A model generated the notes under the pieces. The model had not been told where the DNA came from, did not search any database, and was given only the letters and a program-made list of their open reading frames with translations. 64,000 bases of DNA from Mobula hypostoma. Lineage: Eukaryota. Each line of letters begins with the position of its first letter. Within the stretch, counting starts at the first letter, position 1. Positions 13,411 through 25,370 of this stretch are shown piece after piece. Position numbers and translations under genes: made by a program. The DNA lies in the NCBI RefSeq assembly GCF_963921235.1, contig NC_086097.1:85686001-85750000 (forward strand), given 5' to 3'.

Positions 13411-14419
13411 GATGATTAAAGAAAATTTCAAATATTCCTACAAAAAATGCTCATTTAAATTGCTTGGTCATTAGGCCAAGTGAACATGATGTTCTGAGTG
13501 TGAATGTTTTATAAATTTAAATGCAAGCATAAGTGTTCCGTTTGAAAGAGTGACATTGTTGCCCTTATAAACATAGTTAATTAAAAAATGGTAAAAAAAA
13601 AATTTTAAAAGATAGCATACTTAACAGTTTTGTTGGATTTATGTAAAGTTCAGTTTATAGATATTCAGCTCTCCTGCATTCATCTGTTATGCAGAATACA
13701 GCTCATACAATATAATCAGATTTCAGATAAACGTATATGTTATCTAACATATCAATGCACATAATATGCTCTGCTCCTCAAGGAGTAAAATGGAGTTTAA
13801 CAAAGCACTAACCATAGTGTCTTTTCTCCCTTTTAAGAGCTTTTGAACAGTGAATATAAACAGGGTTGGGTGGTTTGAATAAAAATGATTGTCTCTAAAT
13901 CCTCTTACTGTTTAATTTATGAGTTAAGCATTGCATTTTGTTTATTCATGTAGGGATATTAACCATTTAAACAATGCAGCTGAATTGAGTGTTAACCAAA
14001 CTAAATGTGGGTCTGGAGTCACAGTTAGACTAGACTAGTGAAGGATATCAGAGTTCCCACTTTCTTAGAAATCATCTTTCAGTTTCATTCCCTCAGTCAT
14101 CTTTTCTTCTGGCTGGTCAGCCTGAAAATTTACCTTATTTTGGAGTTCCTCAAGAATCTATGAATGACATCCTTTTTTTCAAAATCGTACTGAATGCACC
14201 AAGCTCCTTTCATCTTGATGGGTTGGATTGCTTATACAACATTAAATTTCCTCCAGCTAAATATGGCTCGACCAAGGTGCTGGCTCTCTGTCACAAACTA
14301 TTCCTTGCTCTCTCTGTTTCTTTGTCTTTGGATACTAACATGAGGCTGAAGCAGACTTCTTACATCCTCAGATTCTTTCTTTACCTTCAAAATTAAATTC
14401 AAAATCCAAAACTGCTCTT

Positions 14420-14870
14420 TCTCTCATTTATAATGCAACATCACCTCCAACCATCTGTTGCTGATATCCTCATCTATACTTCCAATGCTTCTAGGTTTGA
14501 CCATTTCAATGATCTCCCAGCTGCCCTTGTATTTTGCATGCTAATCTATTCAAAACTCTACCCGTAATTAAACTCACCCGTCCCACTTACACATTATCCT
14601 TGACATCACTGACCCACATTGGGTTTCAGCTGGACAATATCAAATATTTTTCTTTGACTTTCTTTTTCTCCATGACAACATGATTCCACATCTCCATAAT
14701 GCTGTTCAACCTGGCTATCCCTTGTACATCCCTGATTTTAATCACCTTGTAATTGACAACGGCTTTCTAAACCCTATACTCTGGAACTTTTCCCCTCTCC
14801 CCTCACCCAACCATTCCATTGCTTTAGCTCTCCATTTTGTCCTTACATAAGGTTTTTAAAACCAACCTCT
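14420..14870 (+). mobile_element. Highly degenerate L2-type LINE 3' fragment
   Basis: Decayed nucleotide similarity to the L2 ORF2 end (LIHAF..SRLDY.N.LL.GLP...HITP.L..LHWLP pattern), e.g. TCTAGGTTTGACCATTTCAATGATCTCCCAGCTG and CTGACCCACATTGG. Confidence 0.5.
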
Positions 14871-16199
14871 GACCAAGTTTGTCATGTGTCCCAATATCAC
14901 GTTCTGTAGCTCAGTGTCATATTTTGTTTGAAAAATTTCCTTTGGATTACATTGAATCTCTTTTTTATACAATTGTTACACAAGTGTGTGCTCTTGCTCT
15001 GTTTGTGAATGTTAAGGCATTCCATAACAAGGATATTCACTGAGAAGGGATCATATAGTTTCTGAACTGAACCCAGCCATCTCACAAATGAAGAAGCGTG
15101 ACTCCATCTGTGTGAGGTGCACCATCTCTTTATTTCCATGACAGACTCTACCTATGTACATTCAACACATTTAATTCAGATACACCATTTTAATTTGAGG
15201 TTTCATTATAATGGAAGTTTGCACAGCTTGTCATAAAAGCTGACATAATACAACGTTCAAAAGGCTTATAAATGTTAAATCAACCTCTAAATATATTATT
15301 TCCTTTGGACATTTGTTAAAGTTTCTGTTCATCGTAATTAGAGAACAGTTCTTTGTTTTCCTTTATCTACATTGCTCAGGTTTTATAGCAAACAAGAACG
15401 TGATGTGAACAGAATTTTTCTGTATGTTAGTTCTGGACATATGCCTTGATATATATTACACTGCACTGAATTGTCACAATAATTATAGGGTTAAAAATTA
15501 TGGATCACCAGAAGTAGTTTGCAAATGATCACAATGCAACAAGAGGTACAGTGGGAGTCTAAATTATTAGAGTACTCCTTGAGCAATTTATCAATTGAAT
15601 GTTAAACAGATTGCTGTTTCAACATGAGACAGTTTGGTGGAATTTGCTTTTCTTCACTCCCCTCTGTCATTCACCTCTTTGGGCCTGAGGTCCTGGGAGC
15701 AACCAGTTCCTTGATCTCTGCTGACATCACTTGGAAGTACCTCAGAGCAGTCAAGGGTAACTCTCACCTCTTGTGAACTGTCTAACCTGCCATGCAGGGA
15801 TCCCTTATTGGCATTACAGGCGTGCACTGTACGTAACTGAATGATCTGAGATTTGGATACCATGTAATTCAGTATTATAGAAATCCTAAAAGGCTGGCAA
15901 GGTGTTTCACAGCTGGATATTAAATAACAAGAATCCTGCTGCTATATTTCTCCATACATCTGTGTTCCACTGAGAAAGGTTATCAATTGCACAAATAGAA
16001 CATTCCTAAGTAATAATAATAAAAATGTCATAAGACTGCAAAACATAAACAATAAACCAGAGGCTCAAAAAGATAGCAGAGATTCACTCAACACCAAGAG
16101 CCCTACTTATAACTCTTCAGTTCAATGTGAATACACACCATCATTCTGTCAATTCAGTTAATATAGATTCTGTTGCTCCTGAAACAGAGATGGAGTAAT

Positions 16200-17700
16200 T
16201 CAACAACCTCTGGGAAGTGAGGCCAATGCCGACCCCGTATTTACAATATTTAGCAACCAATTGGATTTTATTTTATTGCATCAAAAGGATGCTCTTAGGT
16301 ACTTACCATATCGTAAACATTGAGAATGACTGGTTCATTTGCCATCGCTCGTTGCAGAGATCATTCAGTTTCCAATAATCCTCAGATCAGGTACTGGCCC
16401 CAGTTCGCTCTCACGTTACGGTTGCATTCAAGATCAAACACGCGAAACAATAATTTTTTCAAGCATGAATCGGAAATCTATCCAATGTCCAAAGATACAC
16501 GGTGTGCTCAGGACTCCCTCTACTTCGTACAATGTGATCGGGAGAGTGTACTGACAGTTCATCCATAGGTAGTACCCCGCTCCATAAATCCAGCCTAAAG
16601 GCTAGAAATCTATATTTATGCACTTCGAAGAAAATGCATTGGAAATGCCCAACAATATACCGGCTGAACTGCACGTTAGAGATTGCTTTGGTTGGAGCAT
16701 TAGATAATCACTGCATTAGGCGCCACTGCCCCATTGGAGAATGCTTGCTTAATGTCCATTGGTCTTGCTTGTTTCAGGAGACACTGGAGCTGAAGTGTAC
16801 GTTACTTTTCCGCCTGCGTGTTGCCGAGACTGGCAGCAGCAGCGGTGGCCGGCGCTGTCCAGGGTAGCGTTGCAGCGAGGCTCTCCCTCGCCTGGCTGGA
16901 GTTGGATGACATCACTTGAAGCGAGCCCGAGAAACCGGCTATCCGGCTTGGCTTTCAAAGCAGCCACTGCAAACTGACGGAGCTCGCCCTGAGCTGGTTA
17001 CATCATTAGCGTCCACAGCTCCGAGAGGCCCGGGAACGACTAAAGCTGAGCTGCAGCGAGAAAACTCGCTTAAAATCATTGACGTGGAAATCTCGTGTGA
17101 ATTAGCAATCCTCTGAATAAAAAAAAGACTCAATTTAAAACGTTATTCTTTATTGCAGGACTAATTCCTATCATTTAAGCGCACACTTATACATTAGAGC
17201 ATCTGAATTGGATCGAAGGTTAAAGTCAAAGGAGAGAAATGAATTGGATTATTCTCATTTAGAAGTGATCACTCTAAAATAAGAACTTGTCACTCGGTGC
17301 TACTGACGACATTGGCAAGAGACGGGATCATGTGAAAAATGCAGTCACTAGTTGCTGACAGCGCCGCCAGTCAGACGGAGAACATGTTTCTGCAGCGTGT
17401 TACATTGCGATTTCTAGCTTTCGAGCGGAAAATGGTCATATATTTTTTGCAAGCTGCCGCTCCGCTCTAGTCCAAAGTGGTGCCGCGGTTCATCTTAAAA
17501 TCCAGGCATCTAGGATTAGTTTATCCACTGCATTTCGACAATCCCAAAATAAATCGCCTCGTTCGAGTCAACTACACGTGATTTTCGAGGACAGTTAGCC
17601 CAGTACCGCACGGCTCGGAGGGGCTCCAGTTCGTTTACATTTCAACTAATCCTTCCCGCAAGAGACGGTAGAAGCTCACGGGGAAATGCACTTATTCTTG
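16200..17700. promoter_or_regulatory. CpG island: promoter and 5' leader of DESI2
   Basis: CpG dinucleotides are locally abundant against a CpG-depleted background. There is a GC-rich core at 16800-17070 and no recognisable TE in ~15900-19300. It lies directly upstream of the DESI2 ATG. Confidence 0.8.
16307..16345 (-). CDS. DESI2: Desumoylating isopeptidase 2 (PPPDE family), first coding exon
   Basis: Minus strand reads ATG GCA AAT GAA CCA GTC ATT CTC AAT GTT TAC GAT ATG | GTAAGT = MANEPVILNVYDM plus a perfect phase-0 donor (16301-16306). This matches the vertebrate DESI2 N-terminus (V.LNVYDM) and its first-intron position, and lies in a CpG island. Exon 2 (YW.NEYT...) was not found in 1-16300, so it probably lies left of the window. 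Confidence 0.9.
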
Positions 17701-19313
17701 AACCTCACAATCTCCCTTCCAAATGCCTTTAATTAATAAAAAGTCAGAATATTATTTTGTCAAATGCTTACAGTGAAAAACATCTGGATCAAAAACTTAA
17801 GTTTTTTTTTAATGTTCTTGAATGCTGCTAAAGATGGAGAAAGCAAGTATATACTAAATTGGCGGACCGGACCATCAAGGAGCTGTAATGGCAAACCACT
17901 GCAAATTCAAATCACTCTTTATGTTCATTCATATAATGGGGGGGGGGGGGTAGTCTGGATTGAAATTGACCACAGACCATCATTGCGCATAATGTATACG
18001 CATTCAAGTCCATACACGCATCTCAATGGGACCATTTAAAACCAGGTAGCCTCATATTTCAAGTCAGGATAACCCACGATTTATAATTCAGAAAGGTAGC
18101 AGTCATACTGAAATTGCTTCACACCCACTCTAACCCGTTAGCCGCAATGTGTCTTTGGATTGAAGGCAACCATTTCTTCATCTGTGATATAGTCTTTTAT
18201 AAAGGATTTAATATTAAAGTCATAACTCTGAGGCTCCCATATTGTCAATGTGATAACGTAATATAATTAAGATGAAAATTTATTCTTGTTAGGCAGTTCA
18301 TCAGGATCACAAATGATTTCCACTCTACGTTTTGTTCATTCTGAGGTGATTTATGAGGCCAGTGTAGGAATGAAAGATAGAAAGGACAGAAGGTACCTGA
18401 TGCAGTGGATGAATGGGTAGTTGTTAAGTGACTCACCCTGCTGCTGCTTATGTTGGACCTCTGTGAGCTTCTGCTGCAGAAGTTCAAGGTTTTCACGGCT
18501 ATCCTAAATAGACCAATAAACTGAACAAGTGTAATTGCGGCTCTAGTAATGGAGATGTTGCCTGGGAGAGAATACTGATATCAGTTCATTTTCACTTTTA
18601 GTGCATTTTGCAGACACAGCATTGATGGTATCTTATCAGCATTATGAGGTACCCACTGAAGGTATTCTAGATCCCAGAGCTGCTGAGGAAGCCACGAGTT
18701 TTGTTCCAGAACTGAGGTCTTCAATTCCTGCATCTGAGGTTCCTGATCCTTGCCACGACAAATGCAACATTTACCTTAATTCTAAATATACGTTTACATG
18801 ACATGATCAATGCAAATCTTTCTAGGACTTCTATTGTGGTACCCTCAATCCATTCTTTCTCTCTTTGTTCTTGTTCAGGCTTCCTGCCTCTTCAATCTGC
18901 ATGACCTGAAAATCCAACAACTTGCCAATGACTCAGAGCTAGTGGTCACTGAAAAGAAAACTTTGCTGGGGTTCCTAAATGTTTAATTATACAGATGCAA
19001 CATCAATGCTGTAATCTTTTTAAGTTTTTAATTAGTTATCTATCTACATGTCACTATGATCATAGCAATTGGTGCAATCATTGTATAATATACAAAGTGA
19101 ACTTTTGTAATTCTTTTTCTTTAATATAGGAATTCATTTCAAAATGTAGAGTTGGGGTTGAAAGGTGAAGATCATGACTTCTCTCTAACTGATAAACGTC
19201 AAGAACTGCACAGTTGATGATCTTTCCCTATTGGCTATATTGCACAATGTAACCACTTAGTAAAATAAAATCATAATAGATTCACAATAATATGGACCTA
19301 TGATCAGGTGTCA

Positions 19314-19638
19314 CATAAGAACAAAGAACACAACAGCTGAATTAGACCACCTGACTACCAATTCCCTCTCCCCAAAACAAACTCTTCCCCACCATTCAAT
19401 TTGATCATGCCTCATTTACCCCAGCCCTCAACTCCTTTCCTGTTTCAGATTCAAACCTCTAATCTTTTTCAAAAAATATATAATTTCACTTTAGATGCTT
19501 CTGAAGATCTACCCCCCACAAGTCTATGGGATAAAGAATTCTAGGGATTTGCCACCCTTGACAGGAAGGTTTCTCGACATGTCTCAGTATTAAATGACTT
19601 GCTCCGCATTTTGAAACTATGTTCCCTCGTTCAAGATT

Positions 19639-19672
<34 letters not shown>

Positions 19673-19885
19673 CACACACACACACACACGCACACACACA
19701 CACACACACATATACACAGAGCATGAAAACATTCTGATATTTACCCTGTCTTGCCCCCTTAGGATCTTATGTTTCAATAAAATCACCCTTCATTCTTCTA
19801 AAATCCAAAGCATTACAGATCAAGCCTGCTTGCTCTCCCTTGGTTGGAAAATCCTCTCATTTTACAAATTAGCCAGGTTTATCTT
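19314..19885 (-). mobile_element. Old CR1 3' fragment interrupted by a CA microsatellite
   Basis: Tail CATAAGAACAAAGAAC, decayed 3' UTR and ORF2 end. Confidence 0.7.
19639..19710. repeat. (CA)n microsatellite
   Basis: About 72 bp of CA with two CG interruptions. Confidence 0.98.
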
Positions 19886-19920
19886 TGGACTGTCTACAGT
19901 GCTACTATGTCACCACTATA

Positions 19921-20444
19921 CAGTATCGTGCAAAAGTCTTAGGCACATATACAGTATATAGCTAGGGTGCCGAAGTACTGTAGTATTTTATGTATTGCAC
20001 TGTGCTGCTGCCATAAAAAGAACAAATTTCATGTCATATGTGAGTGATGATAAACCTGATTATGATTTGGACCCGAGAGTGGGAAGGGGGCAGGGAGAGG
20101 AGAATCATGGTTGGAAAAGAAGAAAGGAGAGGGGAGGGAGTGAGAAACATCAGAGAAACATTCTGCAGTGATCAATAAACCAATTTTTTCGAATCAAATG
20201 AGCTTGCCTGGTGTCTCCGGGCTGGGAGTGTCTATACCTGCAACACCACCCACCCGACACTCCTTCTCTGCCACCTATTCCACACCCATCCCACGGTGCT
20301 CCACCCTCGCTATTCCCAACTTCCTTTGCTTCCGCCAGATTTACAAACTCGCTCACTGCTCCACTTTGACAAATACAGTACCGTGCAAATGCCTTAGGCA
20401 TCTTAGCTATAGACATATGAGCCTAAGACTTCTGCACAGTACTG
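19921..20444. mobile_element. Tc1-type MITE with composite ends
   Basis: Flanked by TA (19919-19920 and 20445-20446). TIR CAGTA(T/C)CGTGCAAAAGTCTTAGGCAC pairs with GCCTAAGACTTCTGCACAGTACTG. Extra internal TIR copies at ~19967-19980 and 20376-20401. Confidence 0.85.
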
Positions 20445-23400
20445 TATGTCCTCATTAACAACCTGTCAGTGTATTAAAACAGATTGTAGTTATGAACTTC
20501 TTGATTTCATTTGTTTGTTTCAATCCATTGTGTGAAAACAGAGACCAACTCACCAAACTGCTCTTAGAAGCATTACTCTTGTAATGAGTATGAATTTAAT
20601 TTTAACCCACAACAACATGAGCATGTATCACCTACAATAAAAGGAAATATGGATGTATTATTATCAAATCTCTTGAAAAGTTAGATCTATGCACATCCAG
20701 GGATAATCAAGGGGTAAGTAGATCCTAAGTAAATAGACACATTACAAGACTCTGTGATTAACTACCCTGCACTAAACTGGGAATTAGATGTCACAACCAA
20801 GAACATCAATAAAAGCCTGTGTGCTTTTGTAGCAAAGCTGCCTTATTTTTGTCTTGCCTTTAATTCAGCAATGGTTTCTCCAATTCATTGATCAATGATG
20901 TGTTAAAAATCAACTAAAGTTAAAATCTATGTCCCAAGACAAATTCATTCCAAGTATATTGTCCAGGACTGATTAAATCGAAGGAGGAATCATGCCATGC
21001 ATTCAAACAAAAACATATTCTACAAAGATGTTAAGAGTAAAAAAGTTCCTTTTTATGTATCAAATTCAATCATTAATCCAGAGAGTACCATTGCAATGTT
21101 TAAGCACATGCTCATCAATTATTGGTTTTAGAACTATATAGAAAATTAATTGGATTAATTGAAACAAGATTTGCAACTGATTTTTAATGCAGGAAACTTT
21201 GCAGGATTACTTCAGGTTCTAGGTTCCAAAAGGGGATGAATACCAGAATTCTGCTGGAGCAGTGAGGTGCTCACACTTGCCATTCCCCTGTCTATTAGGA
21301 TCACACCTATCTGATTTCGATCTTCCAGCAGCAACTTGGTTCATCAAGCTTCTCTAACATACATATCAACACAAAAATATTCAAAAAGCTAAAAATTAAA
21401 CATACTGTTCAAACTTTAAAAAAATAAATAAATAAAAACTCAAAAACTATTAATAAAATTAATGTAATTAATCCTCCTCCCCTAAAAATGTAAATTACAT
21501 GGAACAGGTTCATTTCTCTCCTAAGCTCACTGCTCCAGGGTCAAAGGTCAGGATTTCCAATGTCACAGCTGGAAGAACTGTAAACATTTGGCATTTCAGC
21601 ACTGCAATCCATGAGGACATCAGAGTTTAATCAGAATGACAGCAGCAAGGAACTTGGGAAGTTTCAGTCTACTGAATTCACCTGTGCTTTACACAGGAGC
21701 CCTAATCTTCCTGCTGCCATATTGAAAATACCAACCATTAAACACATAATGTTGGCTTTGCCTAGCAAAGTCCAGCCCAATAAACACTTTGCACAAAATT
21801 ACAACCAAGCATAACGGATTATGTGCAAGATAGTTTTCAATGCAGCTAAGTGTAAGATGGCAAATGTTAAAGGAAATTTCATATTCTTCAAATAGTGAAT
21901 ATAATCATTATAATCAGATAGCTAGGATATAAGGAGGAGAATTTTTGCAATGGCCATACAGAGCCATGATTAGATGGGTACTGGTTTTTGGCCTCATCCC
22001 CTACAAAGGAAAATTTGTCCTTTTATAAAGCACAACACAAATTCACCAGGATATCATATAGGCCTCCAGGATTCTACTACAGCTCAGAGAAATCACAAAA
22101 TAGGGTTGCTTCCATGGAATAGAACATAGAACATCACACCACAATACAGGTCCTTTGGCCCATGAGGTTGTGCCAACCACTTATCCTCCTCCAAGATCAA
22201 TCTAATACTTTCTTCCTATATAGCCCTACATCTTTCTATCATCCATATGTCTATCTAAAGAGCCTCTTAAGTATCTAATGTACCTGCCTCTACCAATACC
22301 CCTGGCAGCACATCCCACACACCCCCCACTCTCGGTGCAAAAACATCTAACTCTGACCCTATACTTCCCTCAATCACCTTAAAATTATGTCTGTCATATT
22401 TGTTTCTGGCTGTCCACTCTATCTATGCCTCTCATCATTTAATCACTTCTATCAAGTCACCTCTCATCCTCCTTCACTCCCAAGAGAAAAGCATTAGCTT
22501 GCTCAGCAATTCCTCATAAGACATGCTCTCAAATTCAGGCAGCATCCTGGTAAATCTCCTCTGCACCCTCTCTAAAGCTTCCACATCCTTCCCATAATGA
22601 AGTGACTAGACCTGACTACAATCCTCCAAGTGTGGTCTAACTAGAGTTTCAAGGAGCTTCAACATAACCTTGTGGGTCTTGAACTCAAACCCCTGACTAA
22701 TGAAGGCCAACACACCATATGCCTTCTTAACAATCCAATCAACTTGCATGGCAATTTTGAGAGATCAATGGAAGTAGATGCCAAGATCCCACTATTCCTC
22801 CACACTGCTAAGAATCCTGCCATTAATCTTGTACTGTGCCTTCAAGTTCAACCTTTCAAAGTGTATTACTTCACACTTTTCCAGATTGAGCTCGAGTTTG
22901 CACTTCACAGTGCAGCTCTGCACTCTATCAATGTCCCATTGTAACCTACAACAACCATCAATATTATCCACAACTCCACTAACTTTCATGTCATTGCAGA
23001 CATGCTCAGCCACTCTTCCACTTCCTCATCCAAGTCATTTATGAACATCACAAAGAGCAGGGTCCCAGAACTGATGCTTGCCGAGCATAACTTGTCACCG
23101 ACTTCCAGGCAGAATATGCTCCATCTAGTTCCACCCTCTGCCCTCTGTGGGCATGCCAACCTGAATCCATGCAGCCAAGTATCCCTGGAACCCATGCCTT
23201 CTGATTTTCTGAATGAGCCTTCCATGCGCAACTGTGTTGAACACCTTTCTGAAATCCATATGAATCACATTCACTGCTCTACCTTCATCAATTAGTTTTC
23301 TCACTTCCTTGAAGAATCTCAGGAAGCGTGACTTGACCTTCTTAAGCCCATGCTGACTATCCCTAATAAGACTATGCTTATCCAAATGGTTGTAAGTTCT

Positions 23401-23815
23401 GTCTCTAAGAATCCTCTTCAATAGTTTGCCACGACCAATGTAATACTCACTGCTCTATAATTCCCATGATTATCCCTATACCTTTCTTGAACAAAGCTAC
23501 AACATTTGCCACCCTCCAGTTTTCTACCACTCCTATGGCCAGTAAGGAAGTAAAGAACATCGCCAAAGATGCAGTAATATCTTCTGTCACTTCCAGTAGT
23601 AACCTAGGATATAACCCAACTATCCCAGTTTTTTAAAAGTTTCAACACATCCTCTTTCTTAATGTCAATACGTTTCAGCATATTGTCATTATACACGCTC
23701 CTCATATTCATCAAGGTTCCTCTTACTGCTGAATACTGAAACAATGTATCAATTAAGGACCTCACACAACATGCTGGAGGAACTCAGCAGGTCGGGCAGC
23801 ATCCGTGGAAATGAA

Positions 23816-23853
23816 CAGTCAACGTTTCAGGCTGAGACCCTCCGTCAGGACTG
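23816..23853 (-). ncRNA. Minimal type I hammerhead ribozyme-like motif (core variant)
   Basis: Minus strand: CAGTC-CTGACGG-A-GGGT CTCA GCCT-GAAA-CG-TT-GACTG. Stem I CAGTC/GACTG is perfect; there is one core substitution. Confidence 0.55.
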
Positions 23854-23854
23854 A

Positions 23855-23892
23855 GACTCCTGACGAAGGGTTCTGGCCCGAAATGTTGACCG
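23855..23892 (+). ncRNA. Minimal type I hammerhead ribozyme-like motif
   Basis: CTGACGA (23860-23866)-A-GGGT TCTG GCCC-GAAA (23880-23883)-TG-TT-GACCG. Core and stem II are intact; stem I is partly decayed. Confidence 0.55.
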
Positions 23893-24999
23893 TTCATTTC
23901 CACAGATGCTGCCTGACCTGCTGAGTTCCTCCAGCGTGTTGTGCATGTTGCTTTGACCCAGCATCTGCAGAGTATTTTGTGTTTAATTAGGGACCTCTCC
24001 CACATCATCTGATTCCAGGTACGTTTCCTCTTTTATTCCTGTTTGTCCCGCCATCACTCTAATCATCTTCCTGTTCTTCACGTGGATTTAGAACTCCTTG
24101 GGTTTTCTTAACCCTACTCACCAAGGTTTTCTCATGACTCCTTCTAGCTCTCCTAAGTCCCTTCTTAAGCTCCTTCCAGGCTATCTTACAACTTTCAAGG
24201 ACCCTGTCTAAGCCTTGTTTCCTAAATCTTAGGTGTACTTCCTTCTTCCTCTTGACAAAATGTTCCACCTTTACCCTACTGTCCTTTTCCTGCCTGAAAG
24301 AGACAAACCTATCCAGAACCCCATACTGGTGCTCCCTGAATAACCTCCACATTTCTGTTGTGTGTTTCTCCAAGTACATGTGTTTCCAGTTTATGCTCCC
24401 CAGTTCCTGCCTAATAGCACCATAATTCACGCAACTCCAATTAAATAGTTTTCACGCTCATGTTCAAGTTCAATTGTCATTCAACCATACATGAATATCG
24501 ATGAACATAGCTGTTCACCAACAAACCAATGAATTAGATTTGCAGCATTCCACAGCACCAACATTCAAAGGGATCTTATGATCAGGAGAAAAGCGACTAA
24601 GGTGACCACTCAATGTCAGACTGCACATCTCCTTCATGCACTGATGCCTCTCTGTTGAAAGGGGCATCACAATGCACTCCAAGTCCAGCTCCTTCAGTTT
24701 CTCCACCGCTAATGGGGTAGATCTGCAGTACTTTAAGTTCTTAATGTCCAGCAAGGTGTCGTGATAATAAAAATATGTTTAAAAAAGATAGTAACACCTT
24801 TGGTTGACCATGTAGAAGCCATCTTACCAGAAGCTCCTATCCCTGTCCAAGGCAATGCTAAATGTCAGGAAGCTGTGGTCACTGTTTCCAAAATGTCCAC
24901 CCACTGAGAGTATGTAATTTGACCATTTTCAGTGCCTAATTCTAGATCCAGTATGACCTCTCTGGTAGGCCTATCCACATATTCTGTGAATAGTAGAGG

Positions 25000-25370
25000 T
25001 CAACTGAAATTATGATTGCTGTATTAAGAATTTTGAAAGGAATTGATGAGGCAGATAGAGAAAATCCTTCCTTGCCTTTTCTTGACTAGGAGAAGAAGAA
25101 GAAATTACCATAAAATCAGAGTCAAGCGTATCTTTAGAGGGGGAAAGTAACATTTTTCCTACTAACACTGGTAATGGTATTAAGGTACATTCAATTAAAA
25201 GTAATGCCTGTTGTCGTAACTAATGATGTTAAATCTGAGATTGATAGATTACAGATAAGGATTTAAAATGTTGCATAACCAACACTATTTGACAGATTCA
25301 AGACACATATCAGCTATTGCACAGCAGAGCATCCTTAATGTGCTGAATGGTCTATACATGTTTCCCTGTA
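25000..25370 (+). mobile_element. Old CR1 3' fragment
   Basis: Decayed ORF2 end (TTTTGAAAGGAATTGATGAGGCAGATAGAG...TCTGAGATTGATAGATT) and 3' UTR (GCTGAATGGTCTA). Confidence 0.6.

Larger units (their letters stand above)
23764..23984 (+). mobile_element. Short palindromic insertion, probable non-autonomous Penelope-like element (pLTR plus inverted partial copy)
   Basis: 23764-23853 is an inverted copy of ~23855-23944. Flanked by a 13-bp duplication AATTAAGGACCTC (23751-23763) / AATTAGGGACCTC (23985-23997). Each arm has a hammerhead-like core. Confidence 0.72.
22119..24455 (-). mobile_element. CR1 LINE, degenerate, interrupted at 23764-23984
   Basis: Tail ATAGAACATAGAACAT. Minus-strand fragments LIRDSQHG, HMDFRKVF, FINDLDEEVE, EKCEVIHF. 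A further piece lies at ~24830-24990. Confidence 0.9.

Noticed and set aside
1..16300. DESI2 exon 2 and later exons
   Set aside because: No YW.NEYT..GIGVFHSG-coding segment was found by eye. A near match at ~7720-7735 lacks frame and splice sites.
16634..17133. Several 64-77 aa ORFs in the CpG island
   Set aside because: Expected in GC-rich, stop-poor sequence; they overlap on both strands and have no recognisable domains.
19486..19961. CVCV.. and HTHT.. ORFs
   Set aside because: Products of the CA microsatellite.
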